Under the pieces are notes generated by a model that was not told where the DNA came from, made no database searches, and saw only the letters and a program-made list of their open reading frames with translations. Of a DNA stretch of 40,286 nucleotides, positions 27,355 to 36,866 are shown piece by piece; position 1 is the first letter of the stretch; each line of letters starts with the position of its first letter. Source of the DNA: Bryobacterales bacterium (lineage in GTDB: Bacteria; Acidobacteriota; Terriglobia; Bryobacterales; Bryobacteraceae); NCBI GenBank assembly GCA_025456495.1, contig JALOKO010000001.1, positions 1-40,286 on the forward strand, read 5' to 3'. A program made the translations under genes and the position numbers.

Positions 27355-27607
27355 GTTCGTTCACCTTTCCTTTTCGTCGCGGTCCCAACGCGTCGCTCGC
27401 GCAAGGCGCGGCCATCCTGGTTGGGCTGGAAAAGCATACTCTATCGAACCTCAGCCTACGGCGTCCACGGGCCCGGAAAATGGGTTATGACAGCGGGCCG
27501 AGGGGACCCGCGCGGCGGCAACGGTGGAGGGTCGGCGGAACCTGGGCGACCGCTTGGGACCACCGACACCGACCTTCACCGCGGGACGATCTTGATCCGT
27601 TGAGCGG

Positions 27608-29215
27608 CTAGCGAGCCGCCACGGTAATCGCCTCCACCACATCCAGGTTCTTGCCCTTGTTTGCGCCACCCAGCACCAGCACCTTGTCCCCGCTGGAAAC
27701 CAGCCGGTGGGCCACCCGGGGCAGCACTTCGCCCACTGTTTCCCAGCCATCGCCACTGGCCGTCAAGCGCAGCACGCTGCCATCGGCAACGGCCGCCAGC
27801 AGGGCTCCTTGGTGTACGCCTACCGCCGGGGAGAAGCCAAGGAACTGGCCTTCGGGCAATTCAGGGCCATTGCTCCACGACTTCGTCGCCGGGTCGTAGA
27901 TGTCCACTGAGCGGCTAACTTTCCCGTTCTTGGCAATGCCGCCCACCACCCAGATTTTGCCCTGGAAGGCAGCGGCCATCAGCGCCCGACGCTGGAAGGG
28001 TTGCGGATGCATTTGCCAACCGGCCTCGGGATTCCGCAGGTCCAACGTGAGCATCTGCTCACTCCAGGATTCCTCCTTGCCCATCAGGCGCCATCCGCCC
28101 ACCAGGTACAGCGTGTCGCCCAGCACAACCGTGTCATGGGAGGACAAGGGCTGAGGCAACGACGGCAGCGTCTTCCACTCTCCGCTCTTCAAGTCGAAGC
28201 GTGCCGCGTCCGCGACAGACTGATGATCCACGGGCTTGCCCTTGTCGTTGGCAGGAAACATTCCGCCCACACGATAGATGCTGGTTGCGTCCGCGGCCAG
28301 GTTCAACCCCTGCAGCCCAGGGCCGCCAGGAAGTGCTTCCCACTGGGCATCGCCTTGCATGCGCATGCGATGGAAGCCGCCACTGACAGATTCCTTGTGA
28401 TAGACGTGCGTTGGGGCGGTGTGCCCCCCGTATACATACAGCCAGCCGTTTGCCGCCACCGCGCCGAAGCTGGCCGCCGCCACCGGCATCCGCGCCACCA
28501 CTGGGGCTGGAGCGGCGTTCTCCGTTACCATGGGGGCGGTTTTGGTATCCACGACCAGGGTGGCGTAGTGACGGATCTGTTCGTAGCTCTTGCCGTCATG
28601 CTCGCCCTTGACGTCCTCCCAATAGCGCGCCCACACCGCATACTGCCCGGGTTCGCGGAACTCGCCTTCGGTTTCGCCCTGCGCGTCTGTCTTCACCTTG
28701 GACTCACTTCCGTCGGGCAGCAGCACCACCACTTCGCTATCCGGCAAAGGCCTGCCGTTGGCCATCAACTTGAACCGGATACCGGAGGCATCGCCTACGG
28801 CCAGCAACTCCACAGGCGCGCGCCCGCTCAACGATGTCGATGGCGCAAACGGATTTCCGGCCACCATCTTGGGGTAATACACCAGCAGGTGGGGCTTGCT
28901 CTCGCCGCGTTGCATGACGCCGAATGGAGTCTTGCCGAATACCACACGGTCTCCCTGGCCACTGAGCGCCACTGCGAAGAAGTTCTTCTCCGGCTGTGTC
29001 ATGTCCAGCGCCTGCACGGTCCCATCGGCGCGCAGTAACTGCAGCTTGGTGGACGCAATCATTTTCACGTCCAGGTCAGGCTTTACGTCTTCACTCATCA
29101 CCACGCGGGCTTCCTTGCCCCCGGGCTGCAGAGAAACGAATACAAAGTGAGCGTGGAGCGGCAGCACCAGCCCCATCAGCAGCGCGACGGTTGTCGCCAT
29201 CATTCCTAGTCGCAC
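27608..29215 (-). CDS. Secreted fusion protein: N-terminal DUF4198 (NikM/CbiM-associated periplasmic type) domain plus a C-terminal Kelch-repeat beta-propeller
   Basis: A GTG start at 29215 lies 8 nt downstream of a strong SD, GGGAGGA (29224-29230). The signal peptide ends LPLHA, followed by HFVFV, which matches the DUF4198 start pattern. The transthyretin-like segment GRPLPDSEVVVLLPDGSESKVKTDAQGE..GQYAVWA is present. About six Kelch-like blades follow (WLYVYGG, IYRVGGM, LYLVGGW, IWVVGGI, VLVLGGA). Confidence 0.75.
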   Translation of the reverse strand: MRLGMMATTVALLMGLVLPLHAHFVFVSLQPGGKEARVVMSEDVKPDLDVKMIASTKLQLLRADGTVQALDMTQPEKNFFAVALSGQGDRVVFGKTPFGVMQRGESKPHLLVYYPKMVAGNPFAPSTSLSGRAPVELLAVGDASGIRFKLMANGRPLPDSEVVVLLPDGSESKVKTDAQGETEGEFREPGQYAVWARYWEDVKGEHDGKSYEQIRHYATLVVDTKTAPMVTENAAPAPVVARMPVAAASFGAVAANGWLYVYGGHTAPTHVYHKESVSGGFHRMRMQGDAQWEALPGGPGLQGLNLAADATSIYRVGGMFPANDKGKPVDHQSVADAARFDLKSGEWKTLPSLPQPLSSHDTVVLGDTLYLVGGWRLMGKEESWSEQMLTLDLRNPEAGWQMHPQPFQRRALMAAAFQGKIWVVGGIAKNGKVSRSVDIYDPATKSWSNGPELPEGQFLGFSPAVGVHQGALLAAVADGSVLRLTASGDGWETVGEVLPRVAHRLVSSGDKVLVLGGANKGKNLDVVEAITVAAR

Positions 29216-29851
29216 GTTCTCATTCCTCCCAGAAGTTGTTTGCGGTTGAATTGCCTAGCAGAATCTCTTGCCCTTGGCGCTGCCCGGCGTCCCGTCAACG
29301 GCGACCCATGGAGCCCCTGCTCATGGCCTGCAATCACCTCCGGATTCCCTCTATGCCTAGGCTTGGAGATTTTCCGGCAGGCGCGGATTAGAGCGAGGCA
29401 GTCACCTGTCGACGGCTCAAAACGGGGGCTACCCAACAAGGACCGTTCTAGTCCATTATGCCCATCGATTTCATCAACTGCAACTGCTTTGCTGCAATCA
29501 GCACTGCGGAGCGCATCCTCGCGCGAGAAAGACCCTACCTCCCGGGGCGGCGAAGTCACGTGAATAGGCCTATGGCAGCATTTTTGGCAGCATCGTGAAA
29601 AAAAAGTACGGATTCCACTTGCACTCTCGCCAATCGCGGACGAAAATGGTCTTGTTCTCAGTTGCAACTGAGTGGCATGTAAGGCCCGGGCCAATGGTGC
29701 AGCCAGGATTCGGTTTCCAATCGAATCCGATTCCAACAAGCGCCTCCCCTCGCGACTCGGGAAGGACTGCAAGGAAGACGCCAGTTCGCAGGGAACCGGT
29801 CGCCATTTCCAGTTCCGCCGAGCCAACCACACACTACTGAAGGAGTAAACC

Positions 29852-32164
29852 ATGCGATTCACTCAATATCCCGCCTTGACACGCACCTCGTTGCTGGGCG
29901 CCCTGCTGACCTTCTGCCTGTTGGGCAGTGCAGTGCTTTCCGCCCAGCAGGCGCCCGCCACTTCCTGCGCCGAAGAACTGCGCCTATCTGGTACGGCGCG
30001 TGACGAGGGCGGCGGCACGCTGGTGGGTGCGGTGGTTGTGGTTCGCCGCGCAGTCACCAATGATGTCCTGGAAACCAAGACCGACGATGAGGGCGAGTTC
30101 CGTGTGTGCTTGCCCGCGCGGGGCCGCTACCGGGTGGAGGTACGCGCCGCGCAACTGCAGCCGTCCGTGCAGTTCATCGATGTCGCCTCCACCGGGTCAT
30201 CCACGGTGCATGCTGTACTCGCAGTCAACAGCCTGCGCAACAGCGTGACGGTGGTATCCGCATCGCGCCTTGAAGAGCTGCAAGCGGAGACCCCCGTGCG
30301 GGTAGAAGCAGTGACCAGAGAAGACATACAGCGCACGGGGTACGAGCGCGTCAGTGACGTCCTGGCCGAGATCCCGGGCGTGGTGACGCGAGCCGGATCA
30401 ATGGGTGGTGTCGCGGGGCAACAGATTCAGGGGCTGGACTCCCGGCAGGTGCTGGTGCTACAGGACGGCATGCCGGTGATTGGCGCACGCGGCATCAAGA
30501 GGGGCATCGTCAACATGAACCGGCAGTCCGTTGGCCGTTTGGAGAGTGTGGAAGTGGTGAAGGGCGCCGGCTCCGCCATGTACGGTAGCGATGCCATTGG
30601 CGGCGTCATCAACATGCGCACCCGCGAAATCCCTGACCGCTTGGACATCAACGCCCAGATCTCAGGTGGAAGCTTGGGGGCCGTGGACGGGCGCTTTGAT
30701 ATCGGTGGCCGATATAAGAACCTGTGGACGTTCCTAAACCTGGAAACGCATCGCATGGATTCCTATTCCCTGGTGCCGGGCAGTCCCATCACTGTAGGGC
30801 CCCAAATGCAACGCAACGACCTTCTGTACAAGTCCCGCTGGATGGCCACTGACCGTGCGGCACTCGGTGTGGTCGCCAATGTGTACCGCAATGATGAGCA
30901 GGGAGTGAACCTCGCGGAAGGAGGCGGCGTCGCCAGCGGCAACACCATTGACAGCGCCCAGAACTATACCCTCACCGGCGACTTTACGTTGTCACCATCC
31001 ACTGTGCTGCAGGCCCGCGCCTATGCTGCCCGCTATGACGAGAATGCCCGCACCGTTGCATTGGGGGCGGCGCTGGACGTGCCCGCCGTTGCCAATCTCA
31101 ACGAACGATTGGGACGTCTGGACGCTACCATCAGTCACCAGTGGGGCTCGCGGCACTACGTGCAAGCAGGCGGCGAGTGGAACCAGAACCTGTACCGTGG
31201 CGCCAACCGGCTGGTGGGGGACAACACAGGGCAACAGATCAGGACCAACGATGTCTGGGTTCAGGATCGCGTCCGGCTGAATGCTCGGGCTACGCTTACT
31301 GTGGGCGGGCGTGTCCATCAGCACTCGATGTATGGATCCCGATTTGTCCCGCGCGCCGGTCTGGTGTGGGGACTATCAGACCGGTGGGCAGTCCGCGCCG
31401 CCTACTCGGAAGGTTTTCGCGCGCCCGACCTGGGCCAGTTGTTCTTCCGCTTCGCCAACCCCACCGCCTTCTATCAGGTGATTGGCAACCCCAACCTGCA
31501 GCCGGAAAACTCACGGTCCTATTCCACCGGAGTGCAGTACACCAGCCGCCGCTTCACGGCGAATGTGGGGGTATTCCGCAATCAGGTGAATGATCTGATT
31601 GACTCCTTCAACGTGGGCTTTCTGGCCAGCCCCGGACAGCTTACCGGATTCTTGAATGAATACGGGATTCCTGGTGACTTTCGTCCGCTGCCCGGGCGCC
31701 TTACCTTTGTCTATCGAAACCTTGCTCAGATCTATACCCAAGGTATTGAGGCGGATACGCGCATCCTGTTGCCATTGGGTTTTCGCGCCAACCTCGGCTA
31801 TGCCTTCCTGGATGCCATCAACCGCCAGAACGGGCAGCAGCTACCACAGCGTCATCGCCACCAGGGTCTATTTCGGCTGGATTATCTACGCCAAAAAGAC
31901 GGATTTTTCGCCAGCCTCCGTGGCGCTTATTTTAGCCGCTGGCCCATTAACCCCGCACAGGGCACCTTCGGCTTTGGCTACCAAATGTGGGACGCCTATA
32001 CCGAAAAGAACCTGCCCAAGCGTCTAACCGTGTTCGGGGCGGTGGATAACCTGATGGATAGCCGCGACCGCAAGCTGGATAATCCCCAGCCCACCTTTGA
32101 CCGGCCCGACTTCGGAAGGACCTTCCGTGTGGGTATGCGCTTCCGTCTCAGCGCAGAGAACTAA
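29852..32164 (+). CDS. TonB-dependent receptor with an N-terminal carboxypeptidase-regulatory-like domain
   Basis: An SD (aaggag) lies 7 nt upstream of the ATG, and a signal peptide is present. The CarboxypepD_reg-like segment reads LSGTARDEGGGTLVGAVVVV..TDDEGEFRV. The plug region reads VEAVTREDIQRTGYERVSDVLAEIPGV and YGSDAIGGVINM. The C-terminal beta-strand reads RTFRVGMRFRL. Confidence 0.9.
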   Translation: MRFTQYPALTRTSLLGALLTFCLLGSAVLSAQQAPATSCAEELRLSGTARDEGGGTLVGAVVVVRRAVTNDVLETKTDDEGEFRVCLPARGRYRVEVRAAQLQPSVQFIDVASTGSSTVHAVLAVNSLRNSVTVVSASRLEELQAETPVRVEAVTREDIQRTGYERVSDVLAEIPGVVTRAGSMGGVAGQQIQGLDSRQVLVLQDGMPVIGARGIKRGIVNMNRQSVGRLESVEVVKGAGSAMYGSDAIGGVINMRTREIPDRLDINAQISGGSLGAVDGRFDIGGRYKNLWTFLNLETHRMDSYSLVPGSPITVGPQMQRNDLLYKSRWMATDRAALGVVANVYRNDEQGVNLAEGGGVASGNTIDSAQNYTLTGDFTLSPSTVLQARAYAARYDENARTVALGAALDVPAVANLNERLGRLDATISHQWGSRHYVQAGGEWNQNLYRGANRLVGDNTGQQIRTNDVWVQDRVRLNARATLTVGGRVHQHSMYGSRFVPRAGLVWGLSDRWAVRAAYSEGFRAPDLGQLFFRFANPTAFYQVIGNPNLQPENSRSYSTGVQYTSRRFTANVGVFRNQVNDLIDSFNVGFLASPGQLTGFLNEYGIPGDFRPLPGRLTFVYRNLAQIYTQGIEADTRILLPLGFRANLGYAFLDAINRQNGQQLPQRHRHQGLFRLDYLRQKDGFFASLRGAYFSRWPINPAQGTFGFGYQMWDAYTEKNLPKRLTVFGAVDNLMDSRDRKLDNPQPTFDRPDFGRTFRVGMRFRLSAEN

Positions 32165-32286
32165 TACCGCATTCACCCGGCGGAGGTGTCCGGGGGCGGC
32201 CGCTCGCCCCGCGCTGGCTTCATCCAGTGACTCTCCGCCGGATGCACGCATGGCCGCAGTCCCCCTGCTTCTGTTTGCCCGTTGCT

Positions 32287-33363
32287 TCACGGCCGACAGG
32301 TATCGATGGATTCGAATCGTCCTCCGAAGTATCGGGTATTCATCCACAAGGCCACGTTTACCAGGCCAATCAGCACCGGCACTTCCACCAGGGGGCCGAT
32401 GACCGCCGCAAAGGCAGCTCCGTGGTGGATACCGAAGGTTGCAATCGCCACCGCGATAGCCAATTCAAAGTTGTTGGACGCCGCCGTAAAAGAGAGTGTC
32501 GTTGCTTCCGCATACCGGGCGCCTACCTTCCTGCTCATCCAGAAGGATACTCCAAACATCAACAGGAAATAGATTGTTAGCGGGATCGCGACACGCACAA
32601 CATCGAAGGGGAGTTGGATGATCATCTCCCCTTTCAGAGAAAACATCACAATGATGGTGAAAAGCAGCGCCACCAAAGTAATGGGACTGATACGCGGAAT
32701 CAATGTCTGCTCGTACCAGACTTTGCCTTTCGCCCGCACAAGCAGGAACCGGGTGATCATCCCAGCAAGGAACGGAATACCCAGATAGATGAATACGCTC
32801 TCAGCGATCGCCGCCATTGATATGTCCACTTCAACGGCCTTCAAGCCTAACCATGCGGGAAGGGTAGCCAGGAAAAAGTAAGAATACGCGGAAAAGAAAA
32901 GCACCTGAAAAATCGAATTCAGGGCGACTAATCCAGCCGCATACTCACGGTCGCCGCCTGCCAGGTCGTTCCAGACAATTACCATGGCGATACAGCGGGC
33001 AAGCCCGATGAGTATGAGTCCCGTCATGTACTCGGGCTTGTCGCGAAGAAACAGTATCGCCAAACCGAACATGAGCAGCGGGCCAACAATCCAGTTCTGA
33101 ATCAACGAAAGGATGAGTACGCGGCGGTGTTGGAACACGTTTCCAAGCTCCTCATACTTTACCTTCGCCAGCGGTGGGTACATCATCAGAATCAGGCCCG
33201 CCGCGATGGGTAGCGAGGTTGTGCCGACACTGAACGAGTCCAGAAACGGCACGATGCCGGGCAGGAAGAAGCCCGCTGCTACCCCGAACGCCATGGCGAC
33301 GAAGATCCATAGCGTAAGAAACCTGTCCAGGAAGGAGAGTCGGCTGGATGTTGAACTAGCCAT
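32287..33363 (-). CDS. acr3: ACR3-family arsenite efflux permease
   Basis: The N-terminus reads [23 protein letters not shown]. The motifs [14 protein letters not shown] and [21 protein letters not shown] include the conserved Cys of ACR3. The layout has about 10 TM segments. Confidence 0.93.
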   Translation of the reverse strand: MASSTSSRLSFLDRFLTLWIFVAMAFGVAAGFFLPGIVPFLDSFSVGTTSLPIAAGLILMMYPPLAKVKYEELGNVFQHRRVLILSLIQNWIVGPLLMFGLAILFLRDKPEYMTGLILIGLARCIAMVIVWNDLAGGDREYAAGLVALNSIFQVLFFSAYSYFFLATLPAWLGLKAVEVDISMAAIAESVFIYLGIPFLAGMITRFLLVRAKGKVWYEQTLIPRISPITLVALLFTIIVMFSLKGEMIIQLPFDVVRVAIPLTIYFLLMFGVSFWMSRKVGARYAEATTLSFTAASNNFELAIAVAIATFGIHHGAAFAAVIGPLVEVPVLIGLVNVALWMNTRYFGGRFESIDTCRP

Positions 33364-33525
33364 TAGATCCTCTTATTTCTAAGATACTCGAACCATCGAA
33401 GCACAGGAGCGTCGAAACACCGATTGGCGGAGCCGTTGGCGCAGCCGCGCAAGCAGCGGGGTGAGCGGGCGGGAATTTGCCATGGCGCCACTTCGCGGAC
33501 CGGGTGCAATGTGCTGACGCAAGCC

Positions 33526-33939
33526 CTACCGCTGCTGGAGGTAGAAATCCTTCACGTGAGCATGGATTTCGTCCCGAATGCGACGAAAGGCGGCAAGCCG
33601 CTCATCATCGGAGCCCTCCACCGCCGCGGGGTCCTCAAAACTCCAGTGGATACGCTGGGTATCCGCGGGGAACACAGGACAGTTGTCCCTGGCGTTGTCG
33701 CAGACACTCACCACGTAGTCAAAATGCTGTCCTTCGAACTCATCGATCGCCTTGGAACGATGGGCGGAAAGATCGATGCCAATTTCTTCCATCACCTGGA
33801 TGGCTTCCGGGCGCACGAAAGTGGCCCGAGTGCCCGCGCTGGCGACCTGGAATTGTCCAGCGCCTTCGTGGCGGAACAACCCCTCGCCCATCTGGCTGCG
33901 GGCAGAGTTCGCGGTGCAAAGAACGAGAATGCGCTTCAT
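33526..33939 (-). CDS. arsC: Arsenate reductase, LMW-PTPase (thioredoxin-coupled) type
   Basis: The P-loop is VLCTANSARS (CX5R-S). The downstream Cys pair is VCDNARDNC. An ATG at 33939 is preceded by GAGG. Confidence 0.88.
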   Translation of the reverse strand: MKRILVLCTANSARSQMGEGLFRHEGAGQFQVASAGTRATFVRPEAIQVMEEIGIDLSAHRSKAIDEFEGQHFDYVVSVCDNARDNCPVFPADTQRIHWSFEDPAAVEGSDDERLAAFRRIRDEIHAHVKDFYLQQR

Positions 33940-33988
33940 CGGTGACCTCTCCAAACTGGGTCCGGCGTCGTGATGGGTCCGGCCGCGG

Positions 33989-34339
33989 CTAATGGCAAAC
34001 GTTCACCAGACTTTGCCCTGTTCCTGCCGCGCTACTGCGAGTGCAGCACTCGGCATAGAGGAAGTTGACGAGTTCCTGAAGGCCATCCAGATTCACTGAG
34101 TACCACAGGAAAGTTCCCTCGCGTCTGGAGACAATCAGCCCCTCGTGGCGCAGCTTCTCCAGATGATGCGACAGCGTGGATGGGGCAATGCCCAGTTCCG
34201 CCTGGATGGACCCAGCGATCAGCCCCTCCGGATGCGCCGCCAGCAGCAGCCGGACAATCCGCAATCTGGACTCAGAGCCCAGCGCGCTCAACATATCAGC
34301 GAAGCGAAGCGTCGGGTCTTCTTTCTTCTTGCGGGGCAT
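33989..34339 (-). CDS. arsR: ArsR/SmtB-family metalloregulator with C-terminal Cys cluster
   Basis: The wHTH reads LSALGSESRLRIVRLLL...AGSIQAELGIAPSTLSHHLEKLRHEGLI. There is no CVC motif in helix 3. Instead the C-terminus contains AECC...VNVCH. Confidence 0.88.
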   Translation of the reverse strand: MPRKKKEDPTLRFADMLSALGSESRLRIVRLLLAAHPEGLIAGSIQAELGIAPSTLSHHLEKLRHEGLIVSRREGTFLWYSVNLDGLQELVNFLYAECCTRSSAAGTGQSLVNVCH

Positions 34340-34348
34340 AGGGCTACC

Positions 34349-34368
34349 ATTTCGATGATACCCGAAAT
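34349..34368. promoter_or_regulatory. Inverted repeat ATTTCG-N8-CGAAAT immediately upstream of arsR, a candidate ArsR operator
   Basis: The half-sites are atttcg (34349-34354) and cgaaat (34363-34368). The repeat lies 10 nt upstream of the arsR start codon. Confidence 0.4.
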
Positions 34369-34490
34369 ATGGAAGGGCCAGGGAACCAGTCTCCGTGTCC
34401 TATGGATCAGTATGCACGTGCTGGCGCTTCGCTGGCCGGAAGCTTCAGCCGGACTTCCGCGCGGGTCGGCCACCATCTATCCCGCTTCCT

Positions 34491-36866
34491 CTACGAGGGG
34501 TTGGCGACGGATGGGGCGTCGATGCGTTCACCGGGTGACTGCTGCCGGGTGGCCTCTCCCAGTCTTTTGAGTTGCAGTGGCTGTGGCGTGGATTGCAGTA
34601 GCTGCGGTGTGGATACGTCGTTCGCCATTGGAGCGTTGGTGGTTGTCTTTGCCCCAAGCGCCAGCGGCGCTCCGATTTGCTGGTTGGGGCCTCGGGGCTT
34701 CGGGTGAACGGGCAATTCCAGCGTGAATGCTGACCCGTTTCCAGGCCCGGCACTCCAGCCGGCGAGGCTGCCCCCCAGTTCTCGCGCGGCATTCGCTCCA
34801 GAGTGCAACCCAAAGCCATGCCCCTCTGGCTTGGTGGTGAAGCCGTGACGGAAGAGCTTGCCAATGAGTTCCTCGCTCATGCCGACGCCGTTGTCCAACA
34901 CCACAATGCGAATGCGGTTCTCATCAACGCCCTCGGCGCGGACGGTGATCTGCTTGTGCTTGGACGTGGATTGTTTCAGGGCGTCCTTGGCGTTCTGCAG
35001 CAGGTTCAAGATGATCTGCAAGACCTTGTGCTTGTCGGTGAAGATCACCATGTCGTCGGGCACATCCGCCATCACGCCAATGCCGTGTCGCTCCATCCCC
35101 TCATGGGAGAGCGATAGCGCATCCTGCACCACCTTCTTGATTTCAAGGCTCTGGACGAAGCCCGCGGTGGTGGCATAGTTCTGCTGGGCCGCGACGATTT
35201 CCTTGATGTGGCCCACGTGGCGGCTCATGTTGGTGAGTTCCTTCAGAATCTGCTCGCGCTCCTCAAGGAGAAATCCTGAAAGCTTCGAGAGATACGGCAG
35301 CACATGCATGCCTTTGGAATCTGAACGCACGTACTCGTCCAGTTGCCCCTGATGTTCCACCAGCATCTTTGTGACCGAGTCAAGTCTCTCCAATTTGGAT
35401 TGCTGCACCCGGTCGCACACCACCGTTGCGGCCACGTTCAAGCTGTTCAGCACATTGCCCACGTTATGCAACACGCCGGTGGCCACTTCGGCCATGCCGG
35501 CACGCCGGGAGAGATCAACCATGCTCTGCTGGACTTCTTCCAACTGTTGGCGCGCGGCCTCCTTTTGCAGCACCTGCTCGTTCAGTTCCTGAGTGCGCTC
35601 CATCACGCGGCGCTCCAACATATTGTTTGCGTCCAATAGAGCTTCCTGCGCCTGGCGACGTAGGATGGCTGCCCCCAGCATGTGAGCCACCGCGCGCAGG
35701 CTCTCCAACTCAATACCTTCGCGGTTCGTCACCACGTGGCGGGTCTCCAGGCACAGCGCACCCCACAGTGCGTCACCGACAACAACGGGCGCCATGCGCA
35801 GCATGCGGGCTGTCTCCGGCGTGAGCGGGTCTTCGACGCGGAGCATCCGCCCACGCAGGGTGCTGAAGATCTCATGTTGCTCAAGGGTGTTCACGGCATC
35901 GGATGGCACGCCGGTTGTCCAATCCACCATCCTCCATGGAATCGTGCTGGAGGGAAGCTCAGGGGCCTGCCATGCACATTCCAACTCGCATGCGAAGTGA
36001 ATCTGCTGCGGGTCCCTGCGCAGGACGTACACGCAGCACCCGCCCAAGGCGAGGCCAAGCGATTGCAGGACGTTGCCCACCACATCCTGCCAGCAGTTGG
36101 CCAACACCAACTGTTGGGCGCTATCGCCAATACACTCCAGCGCCCTGTTGCGGGTAAGGATTGCTGCGGTCATGCCGTTGAAGGCCTCAGCCAGTTCGCC
36201 AATCTCGTCCTTGTTCTTCAAGTCGGCGCGGGTGTTCAGGTTCCCTTCGGAGACCTGTTCCATGGCCGTATGCAGGACGCGCACCGGCTGCATCAACCGT
36301 TGTGCGTATAGCGCCGAGACCAGCAGACTGAGGGCAATACAAACCAGGGCAATGATCAGCGTGGTGCTAAGGTTGCGCTGGACGCTGGCGTCGTAGGTTT
36401 CCAGTGAGAGGCCGATGTGAATCCAGCCCCATTCCAGACCGCTGTAGTCAAACGGCGCCGAGAAGTGGAACACGCGCCGACCGGCAATGGTGACCTCCCG
36501 GATGCCAGCGGTCTCCATCCTCTTTTGCGGTCGCCAGGATTGGTCAAGGGTCTCAATCGTCCACTGATCGCGCTGGGTGAGGATGGAGTAGCCGTCGTTC
36601 TTCGTGATCACCAGGTACTCGATGGCTGCGTCTCCTTCCAGCACCTGGATTGTGTGGTCAACCACGGAAGAGTAATCCTCCGATACGGCCGCCCCTGCCA
36701 CGGTTGCGCGGATGGATGCCGCCACGCCACGCGCTTTCGACTGCAGGTTCGTTTGAAACTCACGGCTCTGCTGCGGCAGACTTACCACCAGAAATACGGC
36801 CAGAGTGATGCTGGAGAGCAGCCAACTCAGCATCGCCACGCGAAATGCCATTCCATGCCGACGCAT
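34491..36866 (-). CDS. Membrane sensor histidine kinase: periplasmic loop, HAMP, GAF-like region, DHp, HATPase_c, and no receiver domain
   Basis: Two TM segments flank a loop of about 150 aa. The HAMP region reads [39 protein letters not shown]. The H-box region reads [18 protein letters not shown]. The N-box reads [13 protein letters not shown]. The G-boxes are DNGVGM and GHGFGLH. The start is either ATG 36866 or GTG 36869, and either one overlaps the upstream stop. Confidence 0.88.
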   Translation of the reverse strand: MRRHGMAFRVAMLSWLLSSITLAVFLVVSLPQQSREFQTNLQSKARGVAASIRATVAGAAVSEDYSSVVDHTIQVLEGDAAIEYLVITKNDGYSILTQRDQWTIETLDQSWRPQKRMETAGIREVTIAGRRVFHFSAPFDYSGLEWGWIHIGLSLETYDASVQRNLSTTLIIALVCIALSLLVSALYAQRLMQPVRVLHTAMEQVSEGNLNTRADLKNKDEIGELAEAFNGMTAAILTRNRALECIGDSAQQLVLANCWQDVVGNVLQSLGLALGGCCVYVLRRDPQQIHFACELECAWQAPELPSSTIPWRMVDWTTGVPSDAVNTLEQHEIFSTLRGRMLRVEDPLTPETARMLRMAPVVVGDALWGALCLETRHVVTNREGIELESLRAVAHMLGAAILRRQAQEALLDANNMLERRVMERTQELNEQVLQKEAARQQLEEVQQSMVDLSRRAGMAEVATGVLHNVGNVLNSLNVAATVVCDRVQQSKLERLDSVTKMLVEHQGQLDEYVRSDSKGMHVLPYLSKLSGFLLEEREQILKELTNMSRHVGHIKEIVAAQQNYATTAGFVQSLEIKKVVQDALSLSHEGMERHGIGVMADVPDDMVIFTDKHKVLQIILNLLQNAKDALKQSTSKHKQITVRAEGVDENRIRIVVLDNGVGMSEELIGKLFRHGFTTKPEGHGFGLHSGANAARELGGSLAGWSAGPGNGSAFTLELPVHPKPRGPNQQIGAPLALGAKTTTNAPMANDVSTPQLLQSTPQPLQLKRLGEATRQQSPGERIDAPSVANPS

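Noticed and set aside
29216-29851. A possible cobalamin (or other) riboswitch in front of the TonB-dependent receptor or the DUF4198 gene. Short matches are AGCCAGGA on the plus strand (about 29691-29698) and GGGAAUCCGG..GGUGA on the minus strand (about 29330-29352).
   Set aside because: The pieces are in the wrong order or spacing. The full B12 box and the GCCACUG-type core are absent. I cannot fold it into the known architecture by eye. A covariance-model scan is needed before any claim.
29206-29862. A 218 aa minus-strand ORF fills the whole DUF4198-Kelch / TonB-receptor intergenic region.
   Set aside because: It overlaps both neighbouring start codons. It has an Arg/Ser/Cys-rich, non-protein-like composition. 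It ends in a 5-codon tail (MRTCD) that merely overlaps the real gene's SD region.
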